From Nitrospirota bacterium (GTDB lineage Bacteria; Nitrospirota; UBA9217): 64,000 nt of DNA. The stretch spans positions 416,001-480,000 of the forward strand of contig CAVVUN010000002.1 in assembly GCA_963751455.1 (NCBI GenBank), given 5' to 3'. Both the position numbers and the translations under genes were made by a program. Under the pieces are notes generated by a model that ran no database searches, was not told the origin of the DNA, and saw only the letters and a program-made list of their open reading frames with translations. Of the stretch, positions 26,485 to 35,787 are shown piece after piece. The stretch's first letter is position 1; each line of letters begins with the position of its first letter.

Positions 26485-28594
26485 GTACGCCCGGCACGAA
26501 CGTGAACTTATGGGGTGCAAGTCCTCTGTACGAGAACCAGAAGTAGAGTAGCACAAGTACTAGCCCATGGCAAGGGCGGAAGGGTGAACAGGGCGGAAGG
26601 GTGACCGACCGTCTGGAGGAAGCCTAAGGCAATGGTTCGACAAGCTCACCACGCGAGCCAGAGCCTGTCCTGAGCGGAGTCGAAGGAAACAGAAACCGCA
26701 TACAAGGCTTAGCCCTCGGGCGAGTTGGCACCACATGACGAAGCCCATTGGTTCAGGGGGTAGGGTAAATGCGGCGCAATACAATTATCCTTGTCCTCCT
26801 GACCCTCGCCCTCAGGGAGAGGGACCGGGTGAGGGAGGGCCGCTTAACGGAAATTCTTATCCGGGGAGATCTGCACGCCGTGCGATAGGATCGTCATGAG
26901 AAGAATCCGGGACGGGTCAACCCGGCAAACAAGGCCCAGGCATATCCGTTTGCTGTTAACGGATATGAGTTCCCCTTTCAGGGAAAACACGAATACTACA
27001 GCATCTCACGACGAACCCCTGTAGCGCCTTCTCTGGAAACAGAGACGGTGAGCGCGTACCCTGCACTCGCGATTCCACTCGTAAGCGCTGGGCACAAGCA
27101 GAAGTCAGCAGATGGCATAGTAGTCCCGTTTTATAGGGACGAAGGCCGGAACGCGGAAAGGAGAAAGGGCATTCCATAAGCTTCGGGAGGTGATGAGTCC
27201 GACAAGGATGAGCCGTATCCGGGCGCGTTATGGAGAAATAGCCCACTCGAATGACCACAGTAGAAGAAGTTGTAAGCAGTGAGAACATGCAGCAGGCATG
27301 GCAGCGGGTCAAGGCGAACAAGGGAGCGCCCGGCATCGACAATATGTCGATAAAGGACTATCCCGAGTTTGCAAGGGCCAACTGGCCGAGGATCAAGGCC
27401 TCCTTGCTGGACGGGACGTATAATCCCACTCCGGTCAAGAGGGTCGAGATTCCAAAAGACAACGGAGGTGTCCGGCTTTTGGGCATCCCCACGGTTTCCG
27501 ATCGCGTAGTACAGCAAGCGATCACCCAAGTGCTCGTCCCCGTCTTCGATCCCCATTTTTCCGAATCGAGCTACGGGTACAGACCGGGTCGTTCGGCGCA
27601 TCAGGCCGTAAAGAAGGTGGTTGAGCTGATCAACAAAGGATACCGCTACGCAGTTGACATCGATCTTGCAAAATTCTTCGACAACGTCAATTGGGACGTC
27701 CTTATGAGCCGGGTAGCCCGGCGCGTCAGGGACAAAGGCATCCTCCAACTGATCGGCAGATACCTTCGGGCGGGAGTCGTCGTAAACGGCAGGCTTACCC
27801 GTACCACCAAAGGCGTTCCGCAGGGCGGTCCACTTTCGCCGCTCCTGTCGAACATCCTTCTGGACGATCTCGATAAGGAACTAGAGAAACGTGGGCATCA
27901 GTTCTGCCGGTACGCAGATGATCTAATCATTCTGGTAAAGTCAAAGCGGGCCGGAGAACGAGTGATGCAGAGCGTCACCAGTTTCCTTGAAAAGAACCTC
28001 AAGGTGCAGGTGAACAGGGACAAGAGCAAGGTGGGAAGCGCGGAGTCCAGTATATTCCTGAGCTTTACGTTCCATCTCAAGAGGCCCACCGTCTCCCGGA
28101 AGGCGTTTGTAAACTTCAAGAATGAACTCAAGCGTCTTACCGGCCGCAGTTGGGGTGTATCCATGAAGCATCGCTACGGAAAAATCCAGACCTACTTACA
28201 GGGCTGGATGAATTATTTCGGTATCGGCATGAGATACAATGATGCGGTCGAGCTGGATCATCGTCTCCGCCGTCGGATTCGGATGTGCTACTGGAAACAG
28301 TGGCGCCGGACGAGGAAACGGGTCGGAGAACTGATGAAACTCGGTGTTGGTGAGCGACCTGCGGTAACAGCGGGACTGAGCAGGAAGAGCTATTGGCATC
28401 TTGCAAAGACCGAAGCCATCAATGTCGGCCTGTCCAATGCCTATCTCAAAGAGCAAGGGCTTACATCAATCAGAACACTGTGGATCAAGATTCACCATCC
28501 GGCCACGGCCCGATGATTTCCGCGAACCGCCTGGTGCGGACCCGCATGCCAGGTGGTGTGGGGGCTGGGGGAGAAAATCCCCCGGCTACCCGAT
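26485..28594 (+). mobile_element. group IIC-attC intron
   Basis: 5' GTACGCCCGGCA; DV gaaccgcctggtgcggacccgcatgccaggtggt (CGC triad); 3' ACCCGAT; inserted at TGGT/T in the attC bottom strand. Confidence 0.9.
27251..28516 (+). CDS. ltrA: group IIC intron reverse transcriptase/maturase
   Basis: NKGAPGID, RLLGIPTVSDR, DIDLAKFFD, GVPQGGPLSPLLSN, YADD, GWMNYF. Confidence 0.96.
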   Translation: MTTVEEVVSSENMQQAWQRVKANKGAPGIDNMSIKDYPEFARANWPRIKASLLDGTYNPTPVKRVEIPKDNGGVRLLGIPTVSDRVVQQAITQVLVPVFDPHFSESSYGYRPGRSAHQAVKKVVELINKGYRYAVDIDLAKFFDNVNWDVLMSRVARRVRDKGILQLIGRYLRAGVVVNGRLTRTTKGVPQGGPLSPLLSNILLDDLDKELEKRGHQFCRYADDLIILVKSKRAGERVMQSVTSFLEKNLKVQVNRDKSKVGSAESSIFLSFTFHLKRPTVSRKAFVNFKNELKRLTGRSWGVSMKHRYGKIQTYLQGWMNYFGIGMRYNDAVELDHRLRRRIRMCYWKQWRRTRKRVGELMKLGVGERPAVTAGLSRKSYWHLAKTEAINVGLSNAYLKEQGLTSIRTLWIKIHHPATAR

Positions 28595-28603
28595 TAGAAA
28601 TCT

Positions 28604-28792
28604 TTATTGACACTTATTCCTTGATTTCTCTTCCATTGATATGCAGTTATCGCAAACCCATCTTGTTTCGAGCTCCATTTTCTTTCTGATTTGATGGAGA
28701 TGCTGGCGACAAGTAGCTTGATTACAACTTGAGCATATCCCGCCGCGTGGAGTATCGAACTCTCCGCGGCAAATATGGCATTTCCATGGCAT
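28604..28792 (-). CDS. small zinc-finger protein (cassette)
   Basis: CHIC..CSSC..CRQH..CDNC in 62 aa. Confidence 0.6.
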   Translation of the reverse strand: MPWKCHICRGEFDTPRGGICSSCNQATCRQHLHQIRKKMELETRWVCDNCISMEEKSRNKCQ

Positions 28793-28824
28793 GATTTCTT
28801 TCGATAATTCCATAGTCCACTGTG

Positions 28825-29205
28825 CTATTTTGGTTGAGGAAATGTCATCGACAAAACTCCTAATGTTGTGAACATTACAACAAAATAGAACACATAAAAT
28901 ATTTGTATTTTGATCAGTCTGCGTTTAGTTGCGCCGATGGCTTCGAATTTTACTTTTTTATTAATAGATAGGAACGTAAGAGAGTATATAACGAATGCCA
29001 ACAGAAACGGGAATAATGGAACTTGAAGCATTATTAACATGCTGGGGATAATTTCCAAAATTGGTATTTTAATTTTAATTTGCAGCGCGCTGAACAACAT
29101 GACCAAGAAGTTGATGAAAATGATGAATCCCTCAAGGATAGCCATAACAACGTGGTAATTAAGGTCGTCCACACCGGAAGATTTTAAGTTGTTCGTTGTG
29201 TCCAT
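28825..29205 (-). CDS. membrane hypothetical protein (cassette)
   Basis: AT-rich 3-TM ORF starting just after an attC. Confidence 0.55.
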   Translation of the reverse strand: MDTTNNLKSSGVDDLNYHVVMAILEGFIIFINFLVMLFSALQIKIKIPILEIIPSMLIMLQVPLFPFLLAFVIYSLTFLSINKKVKFEAIGATKRRLIKIQIFYVFYFVVMFTTLGVLSMTFPQPK

Positions 29206-29228
29206 TTTATGACCGTCATTATTTTCTG

Positions 29229-29285
29229 GACTAACACGCGCGTGAGGAGCGAGCTTTTCGCGACTCACTGACGCGCTCGTTGGAA
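29229..29285 (-). other. attC site of the first cassette
   Basis: top strand TTCCAAC gagcgcgtcagtgagtcgcg..cgctcctcacgcgcgt GTTAGTC. Confidence 0.75.
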
Positions 29286-29326
29286 CGATCTGAACCATAG
29301 GGGTTAAGAAAATGCATAATCGATAT

Positions 29327-30610
29327 CTACAGATCGGCAACCGTTAAGGGCTCAATCGTTTTCATCTCAAAGGTCTTAGTTATATCAAGAATGTGTCTGA
29401 AGTTCGATACCGCCGCCAATGGTTCTATATGTTTGATTGACAATTCGGCAAATTTTGATCGATCGAAAGCTACCGAATAGATATATTGATCTTCAAGTGC
29501 GCCTGATTTATTATCAATGCGCTGTGTGTACCCAGACACCAATATCTTAGTGATGTTTGTACTGATGTTGAAAAAGGACCCAGCGAAGAAGAAGGCTAAT
29601 CCTACAACGCAACGAACGTAATCTTCCTTGAGTTCTTTTTGAGTCTTCGACTTGATCGATAATTTGCCGCTTAAAAGTAGATTGGCCTTATCTTTTGGGA
29701 GATCTTCTATTTCTGGCACATCAAGATCGACCATAAGAATTCCCTTTTCTTGTTCGTAATCATAATTGAGAGAGAAATCAACAGGTAAGGACAACGACTT
29801 GAGAAAGGAATCTATTTGGCTGTGAACATAATATTCCGCGCCTGATAGAAAATTTTTCAATTCGTTTTTTCGTGATTCAAAAGCTGCAAGCAAGCGCCCG
29901 TCCTCTTGCTCTTTTTTCCCTGCTTCGGCCTTTTCAAAAGTCTCCTTATCTGAAAGCCACCGATTTAAGGCCGCATCGTACTCGAACTGAATATTTTGAT
30001 CGACATATTCGGCTCTTTTCTTCTTCAAAGTCCAAAAGAACACACTCTTAATTTCTTGCTTTGCTTTTTTAGCAAGTTCACTTCGCACACCATCTATTTC
30101 AGGACGTGGAGTGGAAAAAGGTTTAACTTCATAAGTTTCGATTTTAATCTCTTTTAGTTCTTGTTCTATTGTTTTTATCTCGAGTAAGACAGGTGTAAAT
30201 TTAAAGATATGGATAAAGGCGCTTGTATTGTTTTCCACCTCTCTTTTCTTACCACTGACAAGCTCTTCAAGTTTCTGCTTGTATTCGGGCGTTTTTTTAA
30301 TTTTTCTCAGTAACGCCTCATCGAGGATTGGATCTCCATAATGGTCTTTTATTATCGGCTGACCAGTATCATCAATTTTGATATTTACATCTATGTATAT
30401 TTTCTCTTTGGCTGGTTTAGAGCGCGGTAAACCGCTATCGATCCGTTTTCGATTATATAGTCCTGTCCCTGGAATCCCGGTGTTCATGTACGTACCCCGA
30501 GGCCCGAAATTTAAAGATGCCCCACGAACACCAGCAGTTAAGCTGAGTCCTGACTTCGAGAGATTTAATCTTAAGCCTTTCGCGAGCCGAATGCTTTTCC
30601 TGAATCGCAT
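29327..30610 (-). CDS. DUF4236-domain protein (first cassette)
   Basis: MRFRKSI.LAKGLRLNLSKSG.S..G.RG...GIPGTGLY. Confidence 0.85.
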   Translation of the reverse strand: MRFRKSIRLAKGLRLNLSKSGLSLTAGVRGASLNFGPRGTYMNTGIPGTGLYNRKRIDSGLPRSKPAKEKIYIDVNIKIDDTGQPIIKDHYGDPILDEALLRKIKKTPEYKQKLEELVSGKKREVENNTSAFIHIFKFTPVLLEIKTIEQELKEIKIETYEVKPFSTPRPEIDGVRSELAKKAKQEIKSVFFWTLKKKRAEYVDQNIQFEYDAALNRWLSDKETFEKAEAGKKEQEDGRLLAAFESRKNELKNFLSGAEYYVHSQIDSFLKSLSLPVDFSLNYDYEQEKGILMVDLDVPEIEDLPKDKANLLLSGKLSIKSKTQKELKEDYVRCVVGLAFFFAGSFFNISTNITKILVSGYTQRIDNKSGALEDQYIYSVAFDRSKFAELSIKHIEPLAAVSNFRHILDITKTFEMKTIEPLTVADL

Positions 30611-30630
30611 ATGATCCTCTTATTTTCTGT

Positions 30631-30780
30631 TTACAACCAGTGTTTGAAGGGCCGCAAACCGTCCCGTGATTTACGAAAATCCGGTATTAGTCTTCGGAAA
30701 AATGCACATTCGATCAATAATGAGGCACCTTTTTGCTGCCGTGGATGCGCCCAGTCTAATACCGGCATTCCGGTATTAGT
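30631..30780 (-). other. putative attI region
   Basis: core GTTGTAA (30631-30637) nearly complementary to the first cassette's R'' TTCCAAC; CTAATACCGG repeats upstream. Confidence 0.55.
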
Positions 30781-31004
30781 TTGATGCATTTCTGCAACTT
30801 TTCATTAATCGCGAGTATATTTTATGCTTTCCGGCATGTCAAGATAAAGTGTTGACTATTCAGGTTACTCGCAGCGATAATTCTCTCGAATAAGAAATCT
30901 GGATTGCCGCGTCGCTTTGCTCCTCGCAATGACGAATAAAAAACAGAAACATTTGTCACCTCGTAAGGTTGAGATTTCATGAGCATTATGGAGGGCCGGC
31001 GGCC

Positions 31005-32675
31005 ATGCAACCTATACCCAAAGATATTCAGGTTAAATTTGATGACATGCTGAAACAGCGGAATGTCCCTCTGTTCTCCCGGGCCGATTACCGTAAGTGG
31101 CTTCTATACTTTCTTGACTTTCGTGCCAAATATCCGCTTCCTGATGCCAAACCGGATCAAGTGAAGCTGTTCGCCGACAAGCTGCGGTCGAAGAATCAAA
31201 CCATCGTGCAAGTAGAGCAGGCTGCGGATGCGATTTCGCTGTTCTTCGCGTCTCAATCGACAAAAAGCACCGGAAGTGCAGGTCTTAAACCCATCCCCCT
31301 CTCCGTCTTCCCCTTGAAGGGGGAGATGAGTGAGCGGACAGCCTTCCACTTGAAGGGGGCGATGAATGAGAGGCTAGTGTCTCCCCCAAAAAGAGAGGCG
31401 AATAAGAGGGAGGTCTACCTGGCCACCGGGCAAAGGGTGTCCACAGCGCCTTTGCCTCCGGTAAAATACGATCGAGCCCGGGAAGCAGAATTGAAGAAGG
31501 AATCCGGCATGGTCTGCGAACCGCCGGCCTCTTCCATGCCCTTCGCACCGCGGCTCAGAAGCGGTAAGCAATACGATGAATGGCGTTGTCTTCGAAAGAC
31601 CGCGTCTCCGGCATGGGACAATGTAATAGCGCTGCTTGCTGACGAGATCAAGATCCGGCATTACTCCCGGAAGACGCTTAAGCACTACGCTGACTGGATC
31701 CGCAAGTTTCAGAGCTACTTGAGACATAAAGACCCTGCGGAGCTGTCGTCAAAAGATGTTAAGGCGTATCTCACCTTTCTCGCGGTGGATTGCAAAGTGT
31801 CTTCATCGACGCAGAATCAGGCTTTCAACGCCTTGTTGTTTCTGTACCGGCACGTTCTCAAAAAAGATTTCGGAATCCATAACGACATCCCGCGCGCGAA
31901 GAAATCAAATTACATCCCTGTGGTTCTTTCCCGGCAGGAAATCGATGCAGTTTTGCAAAATCTCCACCATCCGTTCCGGCTCGTTGCTCAACTCCAGTAC
32001 GGCTGCGGACTTCGCATTTCGGAAGGCTGTAAACTGCGGGTCAAGGATTTCAATTTCGACACAGGGTTGCTCTCTGTCCGGGGGAAAGGTGAAAAGACAC
32101 GGACCGTGCCTATACCGGAGAGGCTCGTTCCAGAACTGCAGGCCCAATTAGAATCCGTAAAGAAACTTCATGATGAGGACATCAAGGCGGGATTTGCCGG
32201 TGTATTTCTAGACGATCAACTTGAAAAGAAGTATCCGAAAGCCGCGAAAGACCTCGTCTGGCAGCCCCGCGACTTTGCATCCCAGGCTTCAGCCAAAGCG
32301 GGATGCGCCGTAGTCCGCGGGAGGTCGCTCGTGATTTTCGGAGCCGTTGGCTCCTGCTGAAGGAAGCTCCTCTGGTTTTTCCCGCAGGAATCGCTCACCT
32401 TCATCGCGCAGAATAAGCAGCGGCGGCGGTATCATCTTCGTGACTCGCACGTCCAGGAGGCGCTGAGCGAAGCTGTCAGAAAGGCGAGGCTCACCAAGCG
32501 CGTCACGTCCCACACCTTCCGTCACTCATTCGCTACACATCTCTTGCAGGCAGGTTACGATCTTCGCACGATTCAGACTCTACTCGGCCATGCCGATATC
32601 AGAACGACAATGATCTACACGCACTGCCTTCCGGGCAAGGAGATGAAAGAAGTAAAGAGTCCGCTGGATTTCTGA
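31005..32675 (+). pseudogene. intI: integron integrase interrupted by a 108-bp insert with an in-frame TGA
   Basis: HYSRKT, STQNQAFNALLFLY, YGCGLRISE, GKGEK, LEKKYP..WQ | [30 protein letters not shown]. Confidence 0.92.
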
Positions 32676-32767
32676 TATAAATTCTCCGTTCATCCTTCGA
32701 CAGGCTCAGGACGAACTGAGTGTCGTTCTTGCCTTGCAATTTTCCCGCGAATATGTTTAACTTCTGT

Positions 32768-33304
32768 ATGGACTTCAAGGCAGTCATTTCGATACTGCTC
32801 AGGCGTTTCGAGGAAATGGGCGTGCGGTACGCCCTTATGGGGGGATTCGCGCTTGGGCTCTGGGGTGTGGGAAGGTCGACGGTGGATCTGGATTTTTTGA
32901 TTGATCGCGACGACACTGGGAAAATCGATGCAATCATGCAGAAAATGGGATATGAGCGCAAATTTAAAAGCGACAACGTCTCCCAATACGTTTCACCTTT
33001 GCCCGTGTTTGGCGAAATCGACTATATTCACGCATTCAGGCAGGCGAGCCTCGAAATGCTGGAGAGGGCGGCCGGCAAGGAAATCTTCGGGGGACAATTC
33101 AAAATAAAGGTGCTCATGCCGGAGGATATTATCGGATTGAAGCTGCAGGCCATGAGGAACAATCCGTCCAGAAAGGATGCGGATATGGCCGACATCAAGG
33201 CTCTCGCGTCCGTCAGAAAAGGTTCGCTCGATCTGCAATTGATCAGGAGATATGCTGAAATCCTCGATGCGCAGGATTTGCTCAAGGAGGTAAATGATCT
33301 GTGA
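32768..33304 (+). CDS. minimal nucleotidyltransferase-family protein
   Basis: MGGFAL..GR.T.DLDFL; EDIIGLK..R...D.ADI. Confidence 0.8.
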   Translation: MDFKAVISILLRRFEEMGVRYALMGGFALGLWGVGRSTVDLDFLIDRDDTGKIDAIMQKMGYERKFKSDNVSQYVSPLPVFGEIDYIHAFRQASLEMLERAAGKEIFGGQFKIKVLMPEDIIGLKLQAMRNNPSRKDADMADIKALASVRKGSLDLQLIRRYAEILDAQDLLKEVNDL

Positions 33305-33528
33305 TGACGCTTTCCAAGGCAGCAGAAGATGAGATTCGGTCACAGGCTCATTCCGCTGAGCTGCAAAAAGATATGGAAACAGTTGCGTGTTCGCGACATA
33401 ATCCCTTTATCGAAGCCGGGCGGGTTGACGTTGAGGCCTATATAACATTCGTAACCGGGTTCAACGAGTTTATCAATCACAGGCCGAAACCGTTTGTTGT
33501 CATGGCAGATACCGATATGCGTCTCTGA
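33301..33528 (+). CDS. small hypothetical protein coupled to the nucleotidyltransferase
   Basis: overlaps the upstream stop; AAGGAGG RBS. Confidence 0.65.
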   Translation: MMTLSKAAEDEIRSQAHSAELQKDMETVACSRHNPFIEAGRVDVEAYITFVTGFNEFINHRPKPFVVMADTDMRL

Positions 33529-33596
33529 TCGTGCTTTCCAGAGAATGCTTCCTGTTTTTATTTGACCTGCTTTGTTAAAAAGTATTATCATCCCCT

Positions 33597-35312
33597 ATGA
33601 ATTCCTGGCATGGAAAAGCTCTCCATATTGATTTGTCGAGCCGCACTGTCCGGACCGAGGTCCTGGACAAACAGCTTCTTTCAACGCGAATAGGCGGAAG
33701 GGGACTGGGCGTTGAACTGATGAAGAATCACTTCAGGCTCGATCCCTATGACAGTGGTATACCCCTGATCTTTGCTGTAGGACCGCTGTCCGGAACTCCT
33801 GCGCCTGCTTCTTCCCGCATGTCCGTTGTCTCGCGCTCTCCGCTTACCGATACGATCACGGACTCTTCGGTCGGCGGCACTTTCCCGATCAAGCTCAAGT
33901 CCGCGGGCTATGATTGTGTCGTGGTAACGGGCAAGGCGCCGGCACTGGTCTATATTTCCATCAAGGACGACAAGGTGGAAATCAAAGACGCTTCGAGGCT
34001 GCGCGGAAAGGGGTGCCAGGAGACGAACCAGCTTCTCGAGACTGAAGGCACTTCAGCCTGTATAGGGCCGGCAGGGGAGAACCTGGTCAGGTTCGCGAAC
34101 ATCATGATCGGTGGAGCGAATTCAGCGGGCCGCGGCGGTCTGGGCGCTGTTATGGGCGCGAAGAACCTGAAAGCGATCGTCGTGGACGGAACGAAAAAAA
34201 CTTCCATAGCAGACCCCATTGGTTTCAAGAAAGCCCAGGAAGATGTGATGAGGCTTCTTCGCGCTTCGCCCGTTGTTATGGGGGAACTCGGGCTTGGAGA
34301 GTACGGAACTTCGACACTTGTGGACGTCATAGCCAGGAGAAATATGGCGCCCACGGAGAACTTCAAAAAAACCTTTTTCCCGGAGTCCGGGTCATATTCC
34401 GGGCCGAGCCTGAAGAAAGAATTCGGCTTCAAGAAGCACGGCTGCGCAGTCTGTCCCATCCAGTGCAAGAAACTGACCTCCTGCGGCAGGCCGGTGCCGG
34501 AGTACGAGACCCTCTCTCACTTCGGCGCTTTGAATGCCAATTCCGACGCGGAATCCATCATCAAGGCGAACCTTCTCTGCAACAGCCTCGGCATGGACAG
34601 CATCTCGGCTGCCGCAACGCTTGCCGCTTTCGGCGAAGCGAGGGGCAGGTTTCTTACTGGAGACGAGATCCTCGATATGCTGAAAAAGACCGCGTTCCGT
34701 GAGGGCGAAGGCGAAATGCCGGCCGAGGGTTCGAAGAGGCTTTGCACGTTTCTGGGCAAGCCGGAACTATCCATGTCGGTTAAAGGACTCGAGCTTCCAG
34801 CCTACGACCCGCGCGGGTCCTACGGCATTGCCCTGGCCTATGGAACATCGACCCGCGGCGGGTGCCATCTGCGCGCGTATCCGATCAGCCAGGAAATCCT
34901 GAGAAGGCCTGTTGCCGTGGACCGTTTCAGCTTTGAAGGCAAGGCGCGCATGATCAAGATCGCCGAGGACAATAATGCAATCGTGGACTCGCTTGCGGTC
35001 TGCGCCTTCGCTTTTCTCGGAGCATCGATCGAGGAGTACGCGCATCTCCTGGCATCGGCAACAGGCGAGAACTTTACGGGGCAGGGGCTTATGAAGCTGG
35101 GCGAGGAGGTAATTCTCGCAGAGCGAAGCTATAATAAACTGAACGGGTTTACACCATCTGACGATTTTCTGCCGGAGCGGTTCTATACCGAAGCCGGTAC
35201 GCCGGGAGAAGGCATCGAAATCGCGGCCATCGACAAGGCGAGATTTAGCGCGGAGATGGAGAAGTATTATAGAATGAGAGGCGAGGGAGAGAGCGGCAGA
35301 GAAGAATTGTAA
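33597..35312 (+). CDS. aor: aldehyde:ferredoxin oxidoreductase (W/Mo)
   Basis: GGRGLG, RSPLT, IGPAGENLV, GRGGLGAVMGAKNLKA, C..CPI.C, PEYET, YDPRG, RGGCH. Confidence 0.92.
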   Translation: MNSWHGKALHIDLSSRTVRTEVLDKQLLSTRIGGRGLGVELMKNHFRLDPYDSGIPLIFAVGPLSGTPAPASSRMSVVSRSPLTDTITDSSVGGTFPIKLKSAGYDCVVVTGKAPALVYISIKDDKVEIKDASRLRGKGCQETNQLLETEGTSACIGPAGENLVRFANIMIGGANSAGRGGLGAVMGAKNLKAIVVDGTKKTSIADPIGFKKAQEDVMRLLRASPVVMGELGLGEYGTSTLVDVIARRNMAPTENFKKTFFPESGSYSGPSLKKEFGFKKHGCAVCPIQCKKLTSCGRPVPEYETLSHFGALNANSDAESIIKANLLCNSLGMDSISAAATLAAFGEARGRFLTGDEILDMLKKTAFREGEGEMPAEGSKRLCTFLGKPELSMSVKGLELPAYDPRGSYGIALAYGTSTRGGCHLRAYPISQEILRRPVAVDRFSFEGKARMIKIAEDNNAIVDSLAVCAFAFLGASIEEYAHLLASATGENFTGQGLMKLGEEVILAERSYNKLNGFTPSDDFLPERFYTEAGTPGEGIEIAAIDKARFSAEMEKYYRMRGEGESGREEL

Positions 35313-35653
35313 ATATCAAATTGCAAATTGCAAATCTACGGCGAAGTTCCCTTGTCCATAATTCAGGAATTGACTAGTACAACGTAACCCTAGTTGGTTA
35401 ATAGTTCCACGATGTCATTCCGGTGTGCTTTAAGCAACAAGCCGGCACTAAAAAGATTGAACCGCGAGGGCGCAAAGGTCGCCAGGAAGGCAATACTATC
35501 CTGTGGCATATTACGGGAATTTCGCTGTCCTCGCGTTCCTCGCGACTTCGCGGTAAATAGTCCTGCCGTTTTGAGAGGAATTCGATTTGTAACTGACTAC
35601 TGGACGCGGCTAAGGGTGCAATACAATCAAGAATTAGTTTTACAGTGCACTAG

Positions 35654-35787
35654 CAGGTTGTTGAAAGAGTCTTTTTGAGTGGTTCGACAGGGCTCACCAC
35701 GAACGGATAAGAGTAAATAATTTCATCGATCCCTCCGTTCGCCCTGAGCCTGTCGAAGGGTGGACAGAGGGTTCTTCAACAGCGCTG
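35654..35787. mobile_element. 134-bp MITE with IS5-like ends and CTAG target duplication
   Basis: CTAG|CAGGTTGTTGAA...TTCAACAGCGCTG|CTAG; internal TTCGACAGG hairpin pair. Confidence 0.75.

Noticed and set aside
19264-28560. DGR template/variable repeat pair (19264-19550 versus 28283-28560) near RT genes
   Set aside because: The differences are not adenine-specific, both copies include intron DV/DVI, and both RTs are group II maturases with YADD.
32355-32400. Selenocysteine read-through of the integrase TGC-TGA
   Set aside because: The TGA lies in a non-homologous insert and is followed only by weak 4-5 bp stems without a convincing SECIS loop.
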